Shown: one piece after another, positions 58,445 through 64,000 of the stretch
Position numbering within the stretch: position 1 is the stretch's first letter
Layout of the letters: the number at the start of each line of letters is the position of its first letter
NCBI GenBank assembly: GCA_950097015.1
Contig: CATNEN010000001.1
Location: forward strand, 25,668,001-25,732,000
Origin: Macrostomum hystrix
Lineage: Eukaryota; Animalia; Platyhelminthes
DNA: 64,000 nt
Direction: 5' to 3'
Made by a program: the position numbers and the translations under genes
The notes under the pieces: generated by a model
The model's database searches: none
What the model was told of the DNA's origin: nothing
What the model saw: the letters and a program-made list of their open reading frames with translations, nothing else

Positions 58445-59712
58445 ACCAGCTGCTGCCGCTTCAGCTCATCGCTTAATCAGTTACCAACGATCTTAGACTG
58501 TCGGAACTGAGCGCAATGAGCACAAAGGTCATAGTTGATAACTAATAACCCAGCTGAGCATGCCCCTCAGGACACTTAAAAACTCATAATAAAGCTATTA
58601 CTACTCGCCACAACTAAATTATCGATGCTTTCAATTGGTAAAGTGAAGCATCGATTTTGTGTCTTGATGGGCGTTGCGGAGACACCGTCACAGACATTGG
58701 TATACACGGTTCGATAATATACCTGATATTGCCAACAATAAAATTCGATCGGTTTTAGTACTTTGTATTGATGTCATCGTGGAGGGATAGTGCGGAGTTG
58801 CTCTTCAGCCCAGAATTTACTACCTTATTACCTTATTTCATCAATCTTATGAGAGATATCTCTTGGTTAAAGGTACCAGTCACAATTCATGGACAGGTAA
58901 TCAAAAAAAAACGTCAGAAACAAAGCAAATAAAAAAGTGATAGCAAGAAAAAAATGCGTAGAAAAGCATGTGTTTTCTTTTGCATGTGATTGTCCGCTTG
59001 CACATTCTTCTTGAAGTCAAATGACGAGTTAATCAAATTAAATTTAAATAAAGTAATATCCCTTCGTTCATTACGTAAAAAATTTAGTCATTCAAAGAAA
59101 GCACTTTCGAGATAAGAAGCTTTTGCAAATAAATGTGTATGAGAACTAGAAAGTTTCCAAGGTGATTTGATAAGTAATAAGAGGTGACAGTCAATAGTAA
59201 CTGGATGGAATGGAAGCAATCTTTGTGTCCATCTGCGGAACTTTAGTCACGGTTGCCATGGATACAGTCGAGATCGACCCAGGCGCTACCGACAGACTCG
59301 AACAGCTTTATGTCCAGTTGCTGGTACCAGGCCATTAGGCGGGCTTCCGTTTCCGTTAAGGTACTTCTGTGTGAGTTAGCCACGCTGTCATATTTTGATG
59401 CAGCCAGAGCTTTGAGAAGCCAATCTGATTCTGCAACATTCGCCGAGCTATAGGTCGCGTGCTTCTGCTTTTGCCTATGAGAGAAGAAGTCGAACGCCGT
59501 TTTGGTCATTGCAGTGCTGTGATGAAGCGATGGACCGTGTGCCGCTTCTGGGCTTATGGAGTTTGAAAAGAAGATGACACAATATTTTAGCTGAGGATCA
59601 CTTTTAGGGGTGAGTGGAGTTGCAGGCGCAGTCGCGGAGAGAAGGCTTGTGGGGATTGCTGTGTATTTTACACTCATAAGGGCCAACACCTAGGCACCGT
59701 GAGAGTGTGCAC

Positions 59713-60076
59713 TAATAATAACAATAATAATAATTACAGGAGGGCTGCGGGCAATGGCATATTCATTTGGTGACACTAGACCCGCAGCCAGCGATGAGGC
59801 CACTCCGCTAACTCCTGAGCACACACGCACACAGATACTGTAATCAGGCATTACAGTACGCTCTTACAGGGTGTGTACATCTGCCCAGGCTTTCTCATTT
59901 TCAGGCAGTGTACACTCTCACTGTGCTTTGGAGATTGGCCCTCAAGGGCGTAGATTTCACATCAATACCAAGCCAATTCTTTCCGCGGCTGCGCCCCAAA
60001 TGAATGTGGCGTTGCAGCGGAATCGAACTTATGGACCTTGGTGCGAGAGGCCAACGCGTTGAACGGTCTGCCACCG
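59713..60076 (-). mobile_element. SINE family B copy (inverted), abutting a + strand fragment at 59610-59712
   Basis: Reverse-complement homology with (TAA)n tail. Confidence 0.88.
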
Positions 60077-60239
60077 ACCTCCTGAGGGTGTGCACTGCCT
60101 AGGCGACGCCTAGTGCTCCAGGTGCTGCAACTCAACTGTGACGGGTTGCAGGCTTGCCGCACAGACCTGGCCGCGCGCCTGTCTTCGCTTCGCCCCTGCG
60201 CTGTCCTGTTCCAGGAGAAAAAACTCTGCGGAGCAGAAC

Positions 60240-61990
60240 CCAACAGCTGGAGTGGAACGAGGACCTATTCGCAAGGCACGAGTACGACCTGGGCCAGACG
60301 GAGCTGCTGCAGCACAAGATAGAGTTGGAGCCTGGAACGCGGCCGCACAGCGACGACTGCCTCTGTTCGTTCGAGACCAGGTGGACAAGAAGATCGGCCA
60401 GATGCTGGGCAGCGGCATCATCGAGCCCTCGATGTCTCCTTGGGCCAGCAACCTTCTGGTGGTCCGCAAGAAGAACGGTGACATCCGGCTCTGCACCGAC
60501 TGTCGACAGCTGAACGCCTGCACCGTCAAGGACGCCTACCCGCTGCTGCAGAGCAAGCGATGGATGCACTGGTCGGCTTTTCCCGGTTCTCCACCATCGA
60601 TTGTCGGCAGGGTTATCACCAGGTGGAGGTGGCGGAGGAAGACCGGCCAAAGACTGAAGACTGCCTTCTACTCCAACCGCGGCCTGATGCAGTTTCGCAA
60701 GATGGGCTTCCGGATGTGCAACGCACCTGCAACATTTCAGCAACTTCTGGAGCTCGTCATGTCCTGCTTGTCCTGGGAGGTGGTGCTGAACAACATCGAC
60801 GACATCATCGTCCTCAGCAGAACCTTCAAGGAGCATCTGGCGCGGCTTGCGCAGGTCCTTCAGCAGCAACAACGTTAAATAAGGCGGAGCGAAATTACTC
60901 GGCGACAGACCGGAAGCTGCTGGCGCTGGTGTGGAGCCTGAAGCTCTTCAGGACGTACTTGCTCAGCGTTCCCAGCTTCACCGTCTACTCCGATCATCGG
61001 CCGCTTCAGTGGCTTCTGGCGACTAAGGACCCCGAAGGCAGGCAACGCAGTGGCTGTCGACGCTGCAGCAGTTCTCCTTCTCGCTGCTGTACGGGCCAGG
61101 TCGGGAGAACGTGGTGCCAGACGCGCTAAGCCGGGTGGCCGGCACTCGTCTGCAGCCTCGCTGGGAGGCCTGCCGCCTGCATGAGGAGCAGAGGCAGGAC
61201 CCGCTGCTGAGCAAGGCGCTGGCGACAGGAATCGACAGTCTGTCTGACACCTGGGCGGCCCAGGTTCGCGAGCTGCTGGACGGAGCATCAGTAAGTGCGG
61301 CGGGCGTTCTGCAGTTCCAAGGCAAGCCGGTCATCCCGCTGTGCAGAAAGCAGCCGCCGCTTCCGCGGATGCGCTTCTCAGAGCTGTTTTGCTGCGGCAT
61401 GGCGCCCCCGCAAGTGCTGCACAGCGACAAGGACCGGCAGTTTGAAAGCGAAATCTCCACCCGGCTCTGCGAGCAGCTCAGCATCGATAAAACTCGCACA
61501 GCGCCCTTCCACCCAAGCGGCAACGGCGTCGTGGAGCGCAGAAAAACCGGACACTAGGCGACATGCTGGCGACGGTTGTGTCAGAGAGCCTTACGTCACC
61601 TGGACCTTCAACACCTCCGTGCACAGCACCACCGGAATTAGTCCGTATCAGGTCCTGCACGGCTGACCGCCGCGGCTGGCGCTCGACAGCTGGCTGTTAA
61701 ATGGTGACAAGGCGGCGAGCGGCAGTTGCACGCCTTTCTGCAGCAGACGCAAGCAAGCTTGCAGGCCGCCTTTGACGCGGTGCACGGCCGGCTGCAGGAC
61801 GCCCAGGCGGCGCGCAATCAACCGGCCAACCAATGTGCCAGATTCATGCCATTCGAAGAGGGCCAGCTTGTGATGCTGCGCAACTCCGTCGTCAAGCCGG
61901 CCAGATGCGAAATGTCATCGACAAATGGAAGGGGCCATTCCGGATCCTGCATCACCTGGGCGAGGTGAGCTACCGCATCCAGGACGAGGC
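60240..61990 (+). mobile_element. Degenerate Ty3/Gypsy LTR-retrotransposon pol (RT-RNaseH-integrase), frameshifted, no LTRs seen
   Basis: SPWAS...VRKKNG.IRLC.D.RQLN..T.KDAYP; FSTID...GYHQ; KTAF; NAPATFQ; IDDII; ERNYS; SDHRPL.W; LHSD...QFES; T.PFHPSGNG.VER; HSTTG.SPY; WKGPF. RT-RH-IN order, pieces spread over three frames. Confidence 0.93.
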
Positions 61991-63179
61991 AGGCCGTCGC
62001 TAGAGCTGCCTGCTGCCGCCGATGCCGGCACGAACGCCAACGACCTCGCCATGCGACCGCCCATCCCGGTGGCTGGCCGGAACCGGACCAGAAAGAGCAA
62101 CCCGATGATCCGCCGGCGGCCCCGCCCGAGCCAGCCGAGGCCACCACCTGTCTTTTACATGACTAAATCAAAAGTTACGATATCAACAAACCTATTTTTG
62201 CATCAGTGTTTCGAAAATTTTCACCTGTTAGTTGTGGTTTGTAGACTGTCCCTCTCCAAGAGCGCTCCCCGCTCGGGTAGTAGCTACTCAGAAACAGATG
62301 TCCTGGCACGTCCGGTCCAACATGACGTGCAGCTTTAAACAGGTCACGGACAATTTAAAATTTATAAACGAAAGTGCACCACCTCCACCCATTATTGGTG
62401 AAAAATTTAGGGTCTGCCTTATGAGATGAGTCCCTAAGGCGAGCCAGTTTTCCCAGCCCCTAAGGACACTAGGACTGATCCAGGAGCGCAATTCAATAGC
62501 GAAGACACAGCTCATTGCCTAGGGATTAGGGAATCAAAGCTTGACAAAAAATTCCCAGCGAGAGGCACCCAGCCGAAGCCCTGTCTTGCTTATTTCGGTT
62601 GCCATAGCTGGGTGGACAGTCCATGTGTCTTCGACGTCGACTATCTGGGAGCTAGGCAAGCGAACAGATATAGGATTACTCCGTAGTGTACTCACACTGT
62701 ACTCATTTGCCAGCTTGTGTATACTGAAACATTTCTGAAGGGGACTGACACTGCAGTTCCCTCCGCGCAGCCGACACCCATGTTCTGAAGGGTTAATGCC
62801 ATTGTGCTAAAGGAACTGAGCAGACCAGACGAGAGGAAAAAGGACGTTGAAATGAGAAATCCGATATTTTAAGAAACTGCATTTTTCCAGCTAAATATTT
62901 TTGCTACAAAGTTTATTTTCACCAAATTGGAAACAATCGAAAAAACGGACGCCTAACTGTAACGAATCGTCGAAAAAAAGTGAAAATGTTGTCATTTTGA
63001 GCTACGTTCGTTAAGACAGCTGGCTCAATGGGGTCTCAGAAAAACTAAAAAGCTACATAAAAATAGGGGAGTTAGATCGGTTGAGAATACCGATTTTTAG
63101 CAAATTTGGTTAGCCAAGAAGCAAATTTGATAATAAGCATAATACCTTCCGACCTGCGGTTTAAAACTGAAAAGGCGAA

Positions 63180-63520
63180 TAATTTATCAGGCTTATAAGA
63201 TTTGGTTTAAACTATGGTTTAAAAACACAACAGGCTACAGGCAAAGCAAGGCATAAATATGCTTACTACAAATCTAGAATTTGTGTACTAAAAAGATTAA
63301 TGAAAATTGTGCACGAACTACCGTTGGTGAAGAAATTGAAGCAGAAAAACACTTCTTCAGCGAGTTAAAAGGGCCCAAAATAAGACAAAGGGATTTACGG
63401 TTTTGTAGCTCTTTTATAAAATTCTGGACTGATAAAAATTGGAGCTATTGTCTTGGGGTAAGGGCAAATGTCATTTGGAATTCCTTACCGAAGGAATCGG
63501 TAGGAGTACATTGTCTTTAA
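63180..63520 (+). mobile_element. Possible CR1/L2-type LINE ORF2 3' remnant
   Basis: YQAYKI and RANVIWNSLP..V resemble the C-terminal motifs of CR1-group ORF2; highly decayed. Confidence 0.4.
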
Positions 63521-63556
63521 TGTGTCTTTCATTGTTGGCAACTATGGTTAGCTGCT

Positions 63557-64000
63557 CTATGGATTGCTGCTATGCAGAGCAGCAGTGCTAACCAAGAAAA
63601 ACTTCTTGTGCGTCTCCACCGTCCAGCTAGACATCTGCTGCGCCTGGCTTATTCCGTTCAGCCGGGGCTCCCTGAAGCCGCGAACCATGATGAAATTGAT
63701 CCTGTTAATCATCGAGACCACGTCCTCTTTGTGCGCGAACTTGTGGAGGGTGGTGCAGAGGGCTAAGATGAAGCGGCTGCCGTAAGGGCTGCAGAATCCT
63801 TGTTGGCCAGGGGCTGTGCAATGAGCCACAATCAGCCCACTTTGCTGCGGAATCACTTCCTGCAGAGGGTCCAGCAGTGGGGCCCCATATAATCCGCCAA
63901 CCATGCGTGCTAACTGCGCCATATTGCAAGCTGCTTCTGACTTTCTGGTCTCCGGGGTCACAGGCACATCTCGGCAACCCTGAATGATTACCAGCCTTGG
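63557..64000 (-). CDS. Caspase-like protease, C-terminal part (end of large subunit, linker, small subunit); continues beyond the window
   Basis: Frame open from 64000: PRLVIIQGCRD (compare PKLFxIQACRG), then LIVAHCTAPG...GSRFI.ALC..L...A..ED...M...IN...QM......KKFFL. Confidence 0.88.
   Translation of the reverse strand, partial: PRLVIIQGCRDVPVTPETRKSEAACNMAQLARMVGGLYGAPLLDPLQEVIPQQSGLIVAHCTAPGQQGFCSPYGSRFILALCTTLHKFAHKEDVVSMINRINFIMVRGFREPRLNGISQAQQMSSWTVETHKKFFLVSTAALHSSNP

Overview
Eukaryotic (animal, invertebrate-like) genomic DNA with many short GT-AG introns, tandem-repeat arrays, two tRNA-derived SINE families and MITEs. The overall style suggests a free-living flatworm such as Macrostomum (inference only). 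Hand-spliced genes: (1) a synaptotagmin-like gene on + (TM exon 6811-7056, tandem C2 domains, stop 15721); (2) a complete 6-exon SVOP-like MFS transporter on - (21589-16858, 547 aa); (3) a very large polycystin-1/REJ-like gene on + (22993-58444, roughly 70 exons and about 7,000 aa by my rough exon sum). Its ectodomain strings together discoidin/F5-8C, C-type lectin, WSC, F-type lectin, fibrinogen-related, EGF-like, an unnamed Cys-containing repeat, PKD and REJ modules, ahead of a GPS that lacks its catalytic residues, PLAT and the TM/channel region; (4) a frameshifted, internally deleted Gypsy pol relic; (5) the 3' end of an atypical caspase-like gene on - (QGCRD, no small-subunit Arg) cut by the window edge. 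Most long ORFs in the supplied track over 0.2-3.7, 4.4-4.9, 5.6-6.4, 9.1-9.7, 13.8-14.9, 17.6-18.4, 25.7-26.4 and 36.4-37 kb are translations of tandem repeats. The most notable item is the giant multi-lectin-fold polycystin.
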